Origin: Ylistrum balloti
Lineage: Eukaryota
Assembly: GCF_031769215.1 (NCBI RefSeq)
Contig: NW_026782457.1
Coordinates: forward strand, 1-64,000
Direction: 5' to 3'
Length of the DNA: 64,000 bases
The position numbers were made by a program, and so were the translations under genes. The stretch's first letter is position 1. Each line of letters begins with the position of its first letter. This document shows positions 1 to 29,776 of this stretch, in pieces. Under the pieces are notes generated by a model. That model searched no databases. It was not told the origin of the DNA and saw only the letters and a list, made by a program, of their open reading frames with translations.

Positions 1-9
1 TTGACTTAC

Positions 10-3056
<3,047 letters not shown>

Positions 3057-3519
3057 CTTTTCTATCTGAAAATAAACAGATCATATAATTATATGTAACT
3101 TATAATAAATATCGTATACTTAATTAAATTCATACGTAAATTATAGAACATTTTTGGTTGTAAAATGCCGTTTACATGGTACATCACCGTTCTTGCATGT
3201 CTTTCATTCAAGAAATAAGCAAAATCTTATCAATAATATCATAATCAGATTGAGGCTTTGTTAGGTCTATTTCACACGTTAATAAACTAACATCAGTACT
3301 ATATCAATGTGAATTTTAATTATCAACTATATGTTTTATCCATAGCTACATAGGTCTAATTTACATTAAGTGTTGCATATATTGAAATGTGTTACTTCTT
3401 ACTGTCAAACAATGGTTTACAATTTGGTTTTATATCTAAAAATATTTCTGATTTGATTTCTCTTTGGTTCACTTTAAATCACAACTTGTGATATAAATAG
3501 TTACCTTTAGAGAACGTAC

Positions 3520-3736
3520 CTGCAAGATTTACTGATTGTGGTTTCAGCGATAAATTGAAGGCTACAAGTTCTTTCTTGGTCCGTACCAGCCGAGCTGTAT
3601 GACCAAGTTAGTGCTACCCGTCATTTATATAACTATCTGGTACAAAAAACCCGAATTCATGACTCTTTCTGATTTCCCTGATTCTATACTAAGGGGATTT
3701 TTTTAGACGTAAATAGAACTGGCATTTGTGACGTAG
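3520..3736 (-). promoter_or_regulatory. Predicted core promoter and ATG-free non-coding first exon of copy A
   Basis: Minus-strand donor CAG|GTACGT with the exon ending at 3520; TATATAAA at 3624-3631; Inr-like GGTCATACAG about 25-30 nt downstream; GGGGATTTTT (kappaB-like) at 3693-3702; TGACGTAG (CRE-like) at 3729-3736. Acceptor ttttcag lies 9 nt before the ATG. Confidence 0.6.
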
Positions 3737-6093
3737 GTGTATGACCTAGTATAGATCGAACACCCATTCAATGAAGTGAGTTTAAATGGCTCGTGTATTG
3801 GAGACATGGTTACTATTTACTTGTGTTGTCGTTCAGAGTTCGTCACTCAGATATACATGATCCAGCTTTCATCTGTATTTTCCGGAGAAATTTACAAAGT
3901 GGAGATACATGCATATATTGCAAAATATGTGTGATATCAGATATAATCAATAAATGTTTGACCTCGTTAAATAGGGTTTCATATCGAATATTCATTCATG
4001 ATGTGTATACACATACCATCATGTGCTATACATACATATTGACAATAAGCTTTGTATACCAGAATTGTAATAGTTATATCGCAGCTCTGACGGTTGTACG
4101 AAAATCCAACACCCGATTCAACATTAAGCGTTGATCAAATGTTATAAACCAGTTCGAGATATAGACAGTATTTTTCTGTCTAACTCTTCCTCATTGTATA
4201 CAGATATTCTGTATCTTCATTAGTGAATCATTTTACGATTAGCCAATAATTTACATATACACTATCGATGACCTCCATGCAGGCAGGTAGAGAAGTGGTT
4301 AATTTATTTATTCGAAATATTTAAAAGAAAATTGGGAAAAAAATAGTTATTGGTCACTCACCAATTTGTTTGAAAGTAAAAAAAAACAGTAAATATATAT
4401 ATATCTATTTGTTTATTTACTTATCGGAAAAAAGATATTATACTTCACGCAGTGTATTTAATGGAATGTATGGATGATTTAGTTTTCAGATAAAAACAAA
4501 ACCACACATGTAGTTTTAAATTCGATGTTGAACAAAACCATGATAAGAAAGTTTCGGTAAACAAAAAGCTAATTTGAAACAGCATTATCTTCATCTGATG
4601 GAATCTTATATTTACATTCTTTACACTCTGAAGATTTCCTTGTGAAAACAGCTTGGACGTTAGTGTAATCGTTATGATTGAAAGGTACTGAATATGGACA
4701 GTTGAGGTTTTCTGTACCCGATACATATAAGAATGTGCTGACGTTTGAATGGTTTGTGATTACCTATCCCCGGGAATTACATGGAAAAACCAGGGTAAAG
4801 GTAACTCTCGATTGGAATCCAGTGAACCGTGACTAGACCGACTTAAACCGGGCTATACAATACACTGACCAGTCAACACTCATGTGAAGGTGGTACCTTT
4901 CATTACTAGATACCCATGTATGTCAGTGTGACTATCGCTAGAGTGCTGATGATGTGTGAATGGTGTTAGCTATCAGTTCGATCATATGTCATAATTTTCC
5001 TAGTTATAAATGGGACAACTATTAAAACTTGTTTCTTTATGTTTTTTAAATAAATGAAATAAATATATATCTACATACCACTATGACAAGAAATTATATT
5101 CCCAGACACAAGATAAAATAAAACTTATTAGAGTTTTTATACACATTATCAATACTGTAATCATGATGCGTTCGCTTTGCCTGAGGTTACGACTAACGAA
5201 TCTACACATGTTCAAATGGTTCCAAGGTTGTTACAGTTTCCTTTTGTAAACAAGATTTCCAACCTGTCGGTAAAACTAATGGATGTATGCCATCATTTTT
5301 ACATTTAATTTTGTTTACTTTCTAATGAAACGAAAAGAAACGATACCAACAGACATTTTCCTTGTTTCTGAACCATTAGTACTTTAGTCATTGTTTCAGT
5401 AATAACGTATAACCTACATTATAGATATCAAAGTTAGACAGCTGATTTCTTTATTGTCATATTAATTCTCTTGCAATTGATGCCTGCTCTGAGTAAAGAC
5501 GTGTTAGCTAGATATTGGGAAACTCGGGATTTCAGGAGGTGCGGGTTGATGAAGATTATGGAAGTTTATTGTCGTCACAATAATTTCATTGAGAAACATT
5601 AATTTCATATTTCTTCTTGCGATATGACGTCGGTGATGAATGATGATCGTGAATGCCTGTTAGTTCCATTATTGTTTACCTTGTTCTCATTTGGAAACGT
5701 GACATGACTTACCTGGATTGAATAAATTATTTATTTATATATCTATAGAGGGGTGCAATATGATGATATTACCAGTATTTTGCATAAAACTGGAACCTTA
5801 TTAATCATAATCACTTATCATTAAACAAGATATTATACATTGTAGGCCGTTTTGTATTGGTGACATTTTACGTTGACGTATTGGTAATTATTTGTTATTG
5901 ACAGTATGTAAATGATGAAAGACATCTAATACACGCATTAAGTCAATAAAAAGTAGTAGTATATTGTTGTTTTATAGCTATCGTTAATAGGTGACTAGTG
6001 GAGGAAAAGTCTGAATAATCTGCATTGATATATTTATTACACACAAGTTTTAAACAGAATAGAAAAACTGAAAACACGTTATTATTTCAATTA

Positions 6094-6099
6094 TTTATT
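6094..6099 (-). terminator. Putative poly(A) signal of copy B (AATAAA)
   Basis: The context catgtcacatttAATAAAtaattgaaataataacgtgtt is conserved at 18741-18746 (C) and 29265-29270 (D) and is followed by T/GT-rich sequence. Confidence 0.5.
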
Positions 6100-6290
6100 A
6101 AATGTGACATGTTTAGGAGATTATCAAAAACGCATTAAGCACCATGAAGAAAATATTAACATTTGAAATACTAACAAACCACCATTTATTCATATCTTTA
6201 TCACTCTTTCCTTTGTACATATACACCAATCATGTGCCATATTACAGTCCATTTTATAAACAAATAAACATTCCTGTCTCGCTTGCTCAC

Positions 6291-7004
6291 AAACACACAA
6301 TCTAAACCCTTTCATAACCATACATCCGCACCATGGTAAACACTTTTTTCAATGTTTCCATTACAACATACATATACAAAATAATTACCCTGCTTTATAT
6401 CGATGTTTAACTGATAACAGAAAACAATAACACTATTTCTGCGCACAAAAATAAACATCACATGTATTACAATAAACAAAATAATAAAAACAACACTGAT
6501 GACCGATCTATACATAAACTTAACAAACACACAATCTAAACCCTTTCATAACCATACATCCGCACCATGGTAAACACTTTTTTTCAATGTTTCCATTACA
6601 ACATACATATACAAAATAATTACCCTGCTTTATATCGATGTTTAACTGATAACAGAAAACAATAACACTATTTCTGCGCACAAAAATAAACATCACATGT
6701 ATTACAATGTTAAAAACAAAATAATAAAAACAACACTGATGACCGATCTATACATAAACTTAACAAACACACAATCTAAACCCTTTCATAACCATACATC
6801 CGCACCATGGTAAACACTTTTTTTCAATGTTTCCATTACAACATACATATACAAAATAATTACCCTGCTTTATATCGATGTTTAACTGATAACAGAAAAC
6901 AATAACACTATTTCTGCGCACAAAAATAAACATCACATGTATTACAATGTTAAAAACAAAATAATAAAAACAACACTGATAACCGATCTATACATAAACT
7001 TAAC
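6291..7004. repeat. Three tandem copies of a 234-240 bp unit
   Basis: Units start at 6291, 6525 and 6765 (aaacacacaatctaaaccctttcataacc...); printed lines 6541-6720 and 6781-6960 are identical. Only one copy is present at the equivalent position behind copy C (about 18940-19150). Confidence 0.95.
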
Positions 7005-7449
7005 AATAAATAACTTGGGTATATGACAAAAAATATTAACCCATTAAAAATAATATTGAACACCTCATATCAATTCCTGACGAACATTCCCGATTGTTAA
7101 TAAAAACCACAGTTTCGTCGATGTAGGATTACATTTTACATTTGGTAGATGTATTTGCTGTGACTTTGGAACATGGATTCTTTAAAGTTACATGCTTCAT
7201 TTCAATAACAACTAATTCATCACACATAAACATAGAGATTGACAAATATCATTAATATTGATATTGTAGTATATTGTCTGTATTTAGAAATAATATTCTT
7301 GGAGCGAAACATCTCAGATGGCAAGATTGCAATTGGTCACTTTTTGTGTTTATAGCACGCATCAATGTCGATCTTAATGTATCTGGTATAGAACAGTGAT
7401 GGTATTGCTAAGCCCAGAGAAAAGATCAGAAGGTAAGAATCAGTTTTTT

Positions 7450-14317
<6,868 letters not shown>

Positions 14318-14780
14318 CTTTTCTATCTGAAAATAAACAGATCATATAATTATATGTAACTTATAATAAATATCGTATACTTAATTAAATTCATACGTAA
14401 ATTTTAGAAAATTTTTGGTTGTAAAATGACGTTAACATGGTACATCACCGTTCTTGCATGTCTTTCATTTAAGAAATAAGCAAAATCTTATCAATAATAT
14501 CATAATCAGATTGAGGCTTTGTTAGGTCTATTTCACACGTTAATAAACTAACATCAATACTATATCAATGTGAATTTTAATTATCAACTATATGTTTTAT
14601 CCATAGCTACATAGGTCTAATTTACATTAAGTGTTGCATATATTGAAATGTGTTACTTCTTACTGTCAAACAATGGTTTACAATTTGGTTTTATATCTAA
14701 AAATATTTCTGATTTGATTTCTCTTTGGTTCACTTTAAATCACAACTTGTGATATAAATAGTTACCTTTAGAGAACGTAC

Positions 14781-14997
14781 CTGCAAGATTTACTGATTGT
14801 GGTTTCAGCGATAAATTGAAGGCTACAAGTTCTTTCTTGGTCCGTACCAGCCGAGCTGTATGACCAAGTTAGTGCTACCCGTCATTTATATAACTATCTG
14901 GTACAAAAAACCCGAATTCATGACTCTTTCTGATTTCCCTGATTCTATACTAAGGGGATTTTTTTAGACGTAAATAGAACTGGCATTTGTGACGTAG
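14781..14997 (-). promoter_or_regulatory. Predicted core promoter and non-coding first exon of copy B
   Basis: Same module as A: donor at 14781, TATA 14885-14892, GGGGATTTTT 14954-14963, TGACGTAG 14990-14997. Confidence 0.6.
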
Positions 14998-17900
14998 GTG
15001 TATGACCTAGTATAGATCGAACACCCATTCAATGAAGTGAGTTTAAATGGCTCGTGTATTGGAGACATGGTTACTATTTACTTGTGTTGTCGTTCAGAGT
15101 TCGTCACTCAGATATACATGATCCAGCTTTCATCTGTATTTTCCGGAGAAATTTACAAAGTGGAGATACATGCATATATTGCAAAATATGTGTGATATCA
15201 GATATAATCAATAAATGTTTGACCTCGTTAAATAGGGTTTGATATCGAATATTCATTCATGATGTGTATACACATACTGATCACGTGATATACATACATA
15301 TTGACAATAAGCTTTGTATACCAGAATTGTAATAGTTATATCGCAGCTCTGACGGTTGTACGAAAATCCAACACCCGATTCAACATTAAGCGATGATCAA
15401 ATGTTATAAACCAGTTCGAGATATAGACAGTATTTTTCTGTCTAACTCTTCCTCATTGTATACAGATATTCTGTATCTTCATTAGTGAATCATTTTACGA
15501 TTAGCCAATAATTTACATATACACTATCGATGACCTCCATGCAGGCACGTAGAGAAGTGATAATTTTATTTATTCGAAATATTTAAAAGAAAATTGGGAA
15601 AAAAATAGTTATTGGTCACTCACCAATTTGTTTGAAAGTATACAAACGGTAATACATATATATATTTCTTTATTCGTTTATTTATTGGAAAAAGATATTA
15701 CACTTCACACTTTGTATTTAATGGAATGTATGGATGATTTTGTTTTCAGATCAAAACAAAACCCCACACACATATGTAGTTTTTAATTCGATGTTGAACA
15801 AAAACATGGTAAGTAAGTTTAGGTAAACAAAAAGCTAATTTGAAACAGCATTATCTTCATCTGATGGAATCTTATATTTACATTTTTTTCACTCTGAAGA
15901 TTTCCTTGTGCAAATAGCTTGGACGTTCGTGTAATCGTTATGATTGAAAGGTACTGAATGTGGACAGTTGAGGTTTTCTGTACCTGATACATATAAGAAT
16001 GTGCTGACGTTTGAATGGTTTGTGATTACCTATCCCCGGGAATCACATGGAAAAACCAGGGTAAATGTAACTCTCTAATGGAAAACAGTAAGACGGCATT
16101 TACAGCGTTGACAAAAGTATTAGTGAACCGTGACTAGGGTGACCTTAACCTTGCTATACAATACACTGACCAGTCAACACTCATGTGAAGGTGGTACCTT
16201 TCATTACTAGATACACACGTATGTCAGTGTGAATAACGCTAGAGTGCTGAGGATGTGTGAATGGTGTTAGCTACCAGTTCGATCATATGTCATAATTTTC
16301 CTAGTTATGAATGGGACAACTATTAATAACTTGTCTCTTTATGATTTTATATAAATGAAATAAATATATATCTACATACCACTATGACAAGAAATTACAT
16401 TCCCAGACACAAGATAATATAAAACTTGTTAGATTGTATCAGTTTTCAGTTATTTGTTTGTTTCATTATATAACTAATGGGTCAAATAAATACATCAGAA
16501 AGATCAGAATTATTACAGTTTTTATACACATTCTCAATACTACAATCATGATGCGTTCGCTTTGCCTGAGGTTACGACTAACGAAACTACACATGTTCAA
16601 ATGGTTCCAAAGTTGTTACAGTTTCCTTTGTAAACAAGATTTCTAATCTGACGGTAAAATTAATGGATGTATGCGACTTCTTTTACATTTATTTATTTTT
16701 TACCTTAAAATAAAACGATACCAATAGACATTTTTCCTTGTTTCTGAACCATTGGTACTTTAGTCATTGTTTCTCTAACAACGTATGACCTACGTTATAG
16801 ATACCAAAGTTAGGCAACTGATTTTTTTATTGTCATATTAATTCTTTTGCAATTAGTAACCATGATTACTTTATATAATTATAGATTATCATATTGTATT
16901 ATATCAAATTCATAACATTGATCCTTAATTAGTGGCAATATGAACCATATACAAATGTATCATATGATAGATTGTTGCTATATATGCAGTATTTTGTATC
17001 AAGAATCAGGAAGTTCAAAGATCAGCAATTAAATGTATATCATTTTTAAAAAAAGTTTTGAGGCTCTGATTTCTGTCAATATTTGATTTTGAATAAAAAC
17101 ATAAAAAATTTAATATTTTTAATTTCCTAACATTCATTTGGGATATATATAACGTTTCGGCTTCATACTTACCTTAATTGTATTAACTAGATTATTTAGT
17201 TATAAATCTGTTGATATGATTTCATGTAGTATTCTTTATTGAAACCACTGAATGTTTATATACTTTGAAATACGAGTTATGTTTTTTATATAAAGGTTTT
17301 CTAATAGTTATATTAATATTTTTATTTATTATCCATTTTCATTCTGCAATATTCTGACTTTAAGATTATTGTTTAATCTATTATATATATATATATATTT
17401 ACAACTCCTGCTATTTGTTTTCATATTGTTGCTTATATAAGACGTTGGTAATCTATATATGTTTATTGGTATGACACATTGATAATTAACGCCCCTGATT
17501 CAATATCAGACATTTTGAATCAAGCTATTGATCCTGACCTGACTAAGATATTAACTGGTAATAAATGTTGAACACTGATTTGCTGCCTATTATTGTGTAA
17601 GGATATACTATTGTAAGGTGTACATTCCGATGACGTTACATTAAGCGTTTGTAAAGCGGCCGTTTTATACTTATTATCTTATAGTTGAGTACTCACGTCT
17701 TTGCTAAATAAATTAAGTTAATGCTGTTTTAGTACAAAAAAATCGATAATACGGTATTTCTACCACAAAACTTCAAACACCACGATTGTCGGTACCGATA
17801 AAAATTGTTTATTTTTTGGAAATTTCAATTTAATTGGACATATGGGGATAAATATAGGGTATATTTGATGAGAATGTGACAAATACGATTACATTGAAAA

Positions 17901-18740
17901 TGATAGCTAACATAATCCATTCATGTTTATTGCATTTTGCGTGGAGTGTTCTTGAGTAGGTCTATGATATGCAACGTCGCAACAACTCGTGAACTTATTA
18001 AGGCTTAGCGCTTTCCCAATCATCAATTTAAACAATAATGTTTCGATGTGATCAGTTTCAGATTATCATATCATTATGTGAGATGATGCAGCAAAGTGAT
18101 GAGATTTTTATATCATACATTGATGATTAAAGTCTGTTTTCAGTGTTAGACAAAGGTAATTTACGACACACGTGATTAGCATTTGAGGAGAACCAAACAA
18201 CAAACTAAACTACATTGTACAGCTGATTCGTTCTTCTGCAACTTGCGTCGAGGCATATATAATGAAGCCTATTTGGAATAGCCAAACTGATGGAAAATAA
18301 TATCTAGATTTAGAGAAGACGGTGAACTTTTTATATTAGTGTTAATTTGAAGTCTTGTTTCTATATCAGACATTGGTAAAATATGTATAGCGTTTACTTT
18401 TGCAGTGTAAACAAGATTAAAATGATATATTTCTGTTTCATCATTAGTCGTAGTAGTATTCATGTATAAACAAGATATGAGACATTGTAGGCCGTTTTGT
18501 ATTGGTGACATTTTACGTTGACGTATTGGTAATTATTGGTAATTGACAGTATGTAAATGATGAAAGACATCTTATACACGCATTAAGTCAATAAAAAGTA
18601 GTAGTATATTGTTGTATTATCTAGCTATCGTTAATAGGTGACTAGTGGAGGAAAAGTCTGAATAATCTGCATTGATGTATTTATTACACACAAGTTTTGA
18701 ACAGAATAGAAAAACTGAAAACACGTTATTATTTCAATTA

Positions 18741-18746
18741 TTTATT
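18741..18746 (-). terminator. Putative poly(A) signal of copy C
   Basis: Same conserved AATAAA context as B and D. Confidence 0.5.
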
Positions 18747-19472
18747 AAATGTGACATGTTTACGAGATTATCGAAAACCTTTTAAGCACCATGAAGAAAA
18801 TATTAACATTTGAAATACTAACAAACAACCATTTATTCATATCTTTATCACTCTTTCCTTTGTACATATACACCAATCATGTATCTTATTACAGTCCATT
18901 TTATAAACAAATAAACATTCCTGTCTCGCTTGTTCAGAAACACACAATCTAAACCCTTTCATAACCATATATCCGCACCATGATAAACACTTTTTTCAAT
19001 ATTTCCATTACAACATACATATACAAAATAATTACCCTGCTTTATATCGATGTTTAACTATTTCTGCGCACAAGAATAAACATCACATGTATTACAATGT
19101 TAAAAACAAAATAATAAAAACAACACTGATGACCGATTTTACATTTTAACAATAAATAACTTTGTATATGACAAAAAATATTAACCCATTAAAAATAATA
19201 TTGAAAGTCATATCATGCTTCATTTCAATAACAACTAATTCATCACACATAAACATAGAGATCGACAAATATCATTAATATTGATATTGTAGTGTATTGT
19301 CTGTATTTAGAAATAATATTCTTGGAGCGAAACGTCTCAGATGGCAAGATTGCAATTGGTTACTTTTTGTGTTTATAGCACGCATCAATGTCGATCTTAA
19401 TGTATCTGGTATAGAACAGTGGTGGTATTGCTAAACCCAGAGAAAAGATCAGAAGGTAAGAATCAGTTTTTT

Positions 19473-26357
<6,885 letters not shown>

Positions 26358-26822
26358 CTTTTCTATCTGAAAATAAACAGATCATATAATTATATGTAAC
26401 TTATAATAAATATCGTATACTTAATTAAATTCATACGTAAATTTTAGAAAACTTTTGGTTGTAAAATGACGTTAACATGGTACATCACCGTTCTTGCATG
26501 TCTTTCATTTAAGAAATAAGCAAAATCTTATCAATAATATCATAATCAGATTGAGGCTTTGTTAGGTCTATTTCACACGTTAATAAACTAACATCATTAC
26601 TATATCAATGTGAATTTTAATTATCAACTATATGTTTTATCCATAGCTACATAGGTCTAATTTACATTAAGTGTTGCATATATTGAAATGTGTTATTTCT
26701 TACCGTCAAACAATGGTTTACAATTTGGTTTTATATCTGAAGAAATATTTTTGATTTGATTTCTCTTTGGTTCACTTTAAATCACAACTTGTGATATAAA
26801 TAGTTACCTTTAGAGAACGTAC

Positions 26823-27042
26823 CTGCAAGATTTACTGATTGTGGTTTCAGCGATAAATTGAAGGCTACAAGTTCTTTCTTGGTCCGTACCAGCCGAGCTG
26901 TATGACCAAGTTAGTGATAACCGTCATTTATATAACTATCTGGTACCAAAAAAAACCCGAATTCATGACTCTTTCTGATTTCCCTGATTCTATACTAAGG
27001 GGATTTTTTTAGACGTAAATAGAACTGGCATTTGTGACGTAG
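26823..27042 (-). promoter_or_regulatory. Predicted core promoter and non-coding first exon of copy C
   Basis: Donor at 26823, TATA 26927-26934, GGGGATTTTT 26999-27008, TGACGTAG 27035-27042. Confidence 0.6.
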
Positions 27043-28386
27043 TCGTATGACCTAGTATAGATCGAACACCCATTCAATGAAGTGAGTTTAAATGGCTCGT
27101 GTATTGGAGACATGGTTACTATTTACTTGTGTTGTCGTTCAGAGTTCGTCACTCAGATATACATGATCCAGCTTTCATCTGTATTTTCCGGAGAAATTTA
27201 CAAAGTGGAGATACATGCATATATTGCAAAATATGTGTGATATCAGATATAATCAATAAATGTTTGACCTCGTTAAATAGGGTTTGATATCGAATATTCA
27301 TTCATGATGTGTATACACATACCAATCACGTGATATACATACATATTGACCTTAAGCTTTGTATACCAGAATTGTAATAGTTATATCGTAGCTCTGGCGA
27401 TTGTGCGAAAATCCAACACCGGATTCAACATTAAGAGAAGATAAAATGTTATAAAACAGTTCGAGATAGAGACAATATTTTTCTGCCTAACTCTGCCTTA
27501 TTGTTTGATGCCTTCACATTTGCATTGCCCGTATATACGGAAGTATACGAATAATAAATACATATATTTATTTAACTATTTGAGAAAAGACATAACACTT
27601 CACACTTTGTATTTAATGGAATGTATGGATTATTTTGTTTTCAGCTAAAAACAAAACCACACACACATATATAGTTTTCATGTCGATGTTGAACAAAAAC
27701 ATGGTAAGTAAATTTAGGTAAACAAGAGACTAAGTTGACAAGTACTATCTTCATCTGATTAAATCTTATATTTACATTCTCTTTACTCTGACGATTTCCT
27801 TGTGCAAATAGCTTGCACGTTATTGTAATCGTTATGATTGAAAGGTACTGAATATGGACAGTTGAGGTTTTCTGTACCTGATACATATAAGAATGTGCTG
27901 ACGTTTGAATGGTTTGTGATTACCTATCCCCGGGAATTACATGGAAAAACCAAGGTAAAGGTAACTCTCGATTGGAATCCAGTAATACGTCGTTGATAGG
28001 GTCAACGAAACCATTAGTAAGCATTGAATAGGATGGGCTTAATCTTAAATTTAAATACCAGTCAAGAGTCATGTGAAGGTTATACCTTTATTACTGGACC
28101 ACACGTGATATGCCGGTGTAGATCTCTGCATTCTTACTTGACCATAGTGTCAGTAATTAATTCTATCAACTTATCTCTTTCAGAATTCAATTGTGATATC
28201 ATAACAGTAAAGTTATGTCATAATTAAAAACGGCACAATAAGATAGCTACATGAGCGTGTTTGTGTCATTATTTTACCTGGATCTTGTTTTCATTTCATT
28301 TGGGATGTTATGAAACTCGTCTAATAGTTTTAGTTTTTGCTCGACAAGATTGTAAAACACTATTGAGAATCGTTTTATTATAGATA

Positions 28387-28595
28387 NNNNNNNNNNNNNN
28401 NNNNNNNNNNNNNNNNNNNNNNNNNNNNNNNNNNNNNNNNNNNNNNNNNNNNNNNNNNNNNNNNNNNNNNNNNNNNNNNNNNNNNNNNNNNNNNNNNNNN
28501 NNNNNNNNNNNNNNNNNNNNNNNNNNNNNNNNNNNNNNNNNNNNNNNNNNNNNNNNNNNNNNNNNNNNNNNNNNNNNNNNNNNNNNNNNNNNNNN
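28387..28595. other. Assembly gap (209 N)
   Basis: Run of N between the upstream region of C and the 3' flank of D. Confidence 0.99.
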
Positions 28596-28689
28596 ATTCA
28601 TGAAAAATGATAACCTATTTAAGATCATATCATGCGTTTTTGAGGTCTTGTCTGTATCAAACAATTGTTTTGTGTCAGTATTATACATT

Positions 28690-28910
28690 AGTTATTGAAG
28701 TCTTGTCTCTATATCAGACATTGGCATTCAAGCATTAGTCTCAGAATCAGATCTTGGTATGTGATGTTTCGTCCATATATTAGAAAATGTTATTTAAAGT
28801 CTTGTCTCTGCATCAGACATTGTTATTTGAAATCTTGTCTCTGTCTCTGTATTTGAAGTTGCGTCCCTGTATCAGAAATTGGTAATTAAGGTCTTATATC
28901 TATATAAGGC
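28690..28910. repeat. Degenerate about 30-bp tandem array (tatttgaagtcttgtctctRtatcagacattg)
   Basis: Several imperfect units; one matching unit also occurs at about 18343-18375, in the equivalent 3' flank of copy C. Confidence 0.6.
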
Positions 28911-29033
28911 TTTACGTATTATCGTTGGTTTCCGTTTTAGGAGTTGGCAAATGATACTGGTTCTGTATTTCAGTGTTAACAAGTTGTTACCTATAGAATT
29001 ATTGTCCGTGATTTCTTTTAAACACACTAGGTC

Positions 29034-29082
29034 TTAGTATCATGATGAGCCCTAGAAGGACGAAACAACTGCATTCAGTACC
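29034..29082 (+). mobile_element. Decayed hammerhead-like motif (second family) downstream of D
   Basis: agtatc atgatga gccc tagaa ggac gaaac; one base off the CUGAUGA core. Confidence 0.4.
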
Positions 29083-29264
29083 GTTTAAATCAGATACACT
29101 AGAACTCAATAATGAATAAAAATAAATTGTTTTCACCCTTCTAGGAATTGTCACTGAAACAAAGCGTATCCCAGATTCTGAACTGCTTGAATATTCTTTG
29201 TATTAAGTACTTGATTTTTGTTACATAAAACACACAATACAACAACATGTTAATATTTCAATCA

Positions 29265-29270
29265 TTTATT
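29265..29270 (-). terminator. Putative poly(A) signal of copy D
   Basis: tttAATAAAtgattgaaatattaacatgttg, homologous to the B/C site, with a GT-rich downstream element (gttgtattgtgtgttt). Confidence 0.5.
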
Positions 29271-29600
29271 AAATATAACGTATCTATTCCAGTCATGTGT
29301 CGTACAAAATTCCATATCATAATCACAATAACTCATCATTCCTTCTCTACTCATCAGCACACAAAAATACACTTTGATAATGTTTCGTCCACACACTGGT
29401 ATACATAATTTTAACATTTTTCATGTATTCAAAAGGACATTACTTCATATTGGACTATGTTTTGTTTACAATACACAAATGATCTACCCAGTTATTGTTA
29501 TTGTTTAATTGAAAACATTTCCTCATACAATAATAAACATAACATGTAATACTCAAAACAAAATAAAAACAAAATGAAAAGCGGCATTGATAACCCCATA

Positions 29601-29776
29601 CATTGTATGTATATATATTGTTTGTTGTATACATGTATATATTTGTATGTATATATATTGTATTGTATGTATATACATTGTATGTATATACATTGTATGT
29701 TGTATTGTATGTATATACATTGTATGTATATATATTGTATGTTGTATTGTATGTATAAACATTGTATGTATATACG
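29601..29776. repeat. Low-complexity minisatellite (ATTGTATGTATATAC-like units) in the predicted 3' UTR of D
   Basis: Directly visible; it produces the spurious ORFs at 29455-29814. Confidence 0.9.

Noticed and set aside
3793-4134. Repeated ORF MYWRHGYY... upstream of A, B and C
   Set aside because: Truncated to 62 aa in B and C, starts at a non-ATG codon, no recognisable domain; part of the duplicated promoter region.
6436-6920. Metal-response-element cores (TGCGCAC) in each 240-bp repeat unit
   Set aside because: A 7-mer expected many times by chance in 64 kb; the three copies come from one repeat unit and lie in a predicted 3' UTR.
28308-28688. 126-aa ORF
   Set aside because: Artefact of translating through the N gap.
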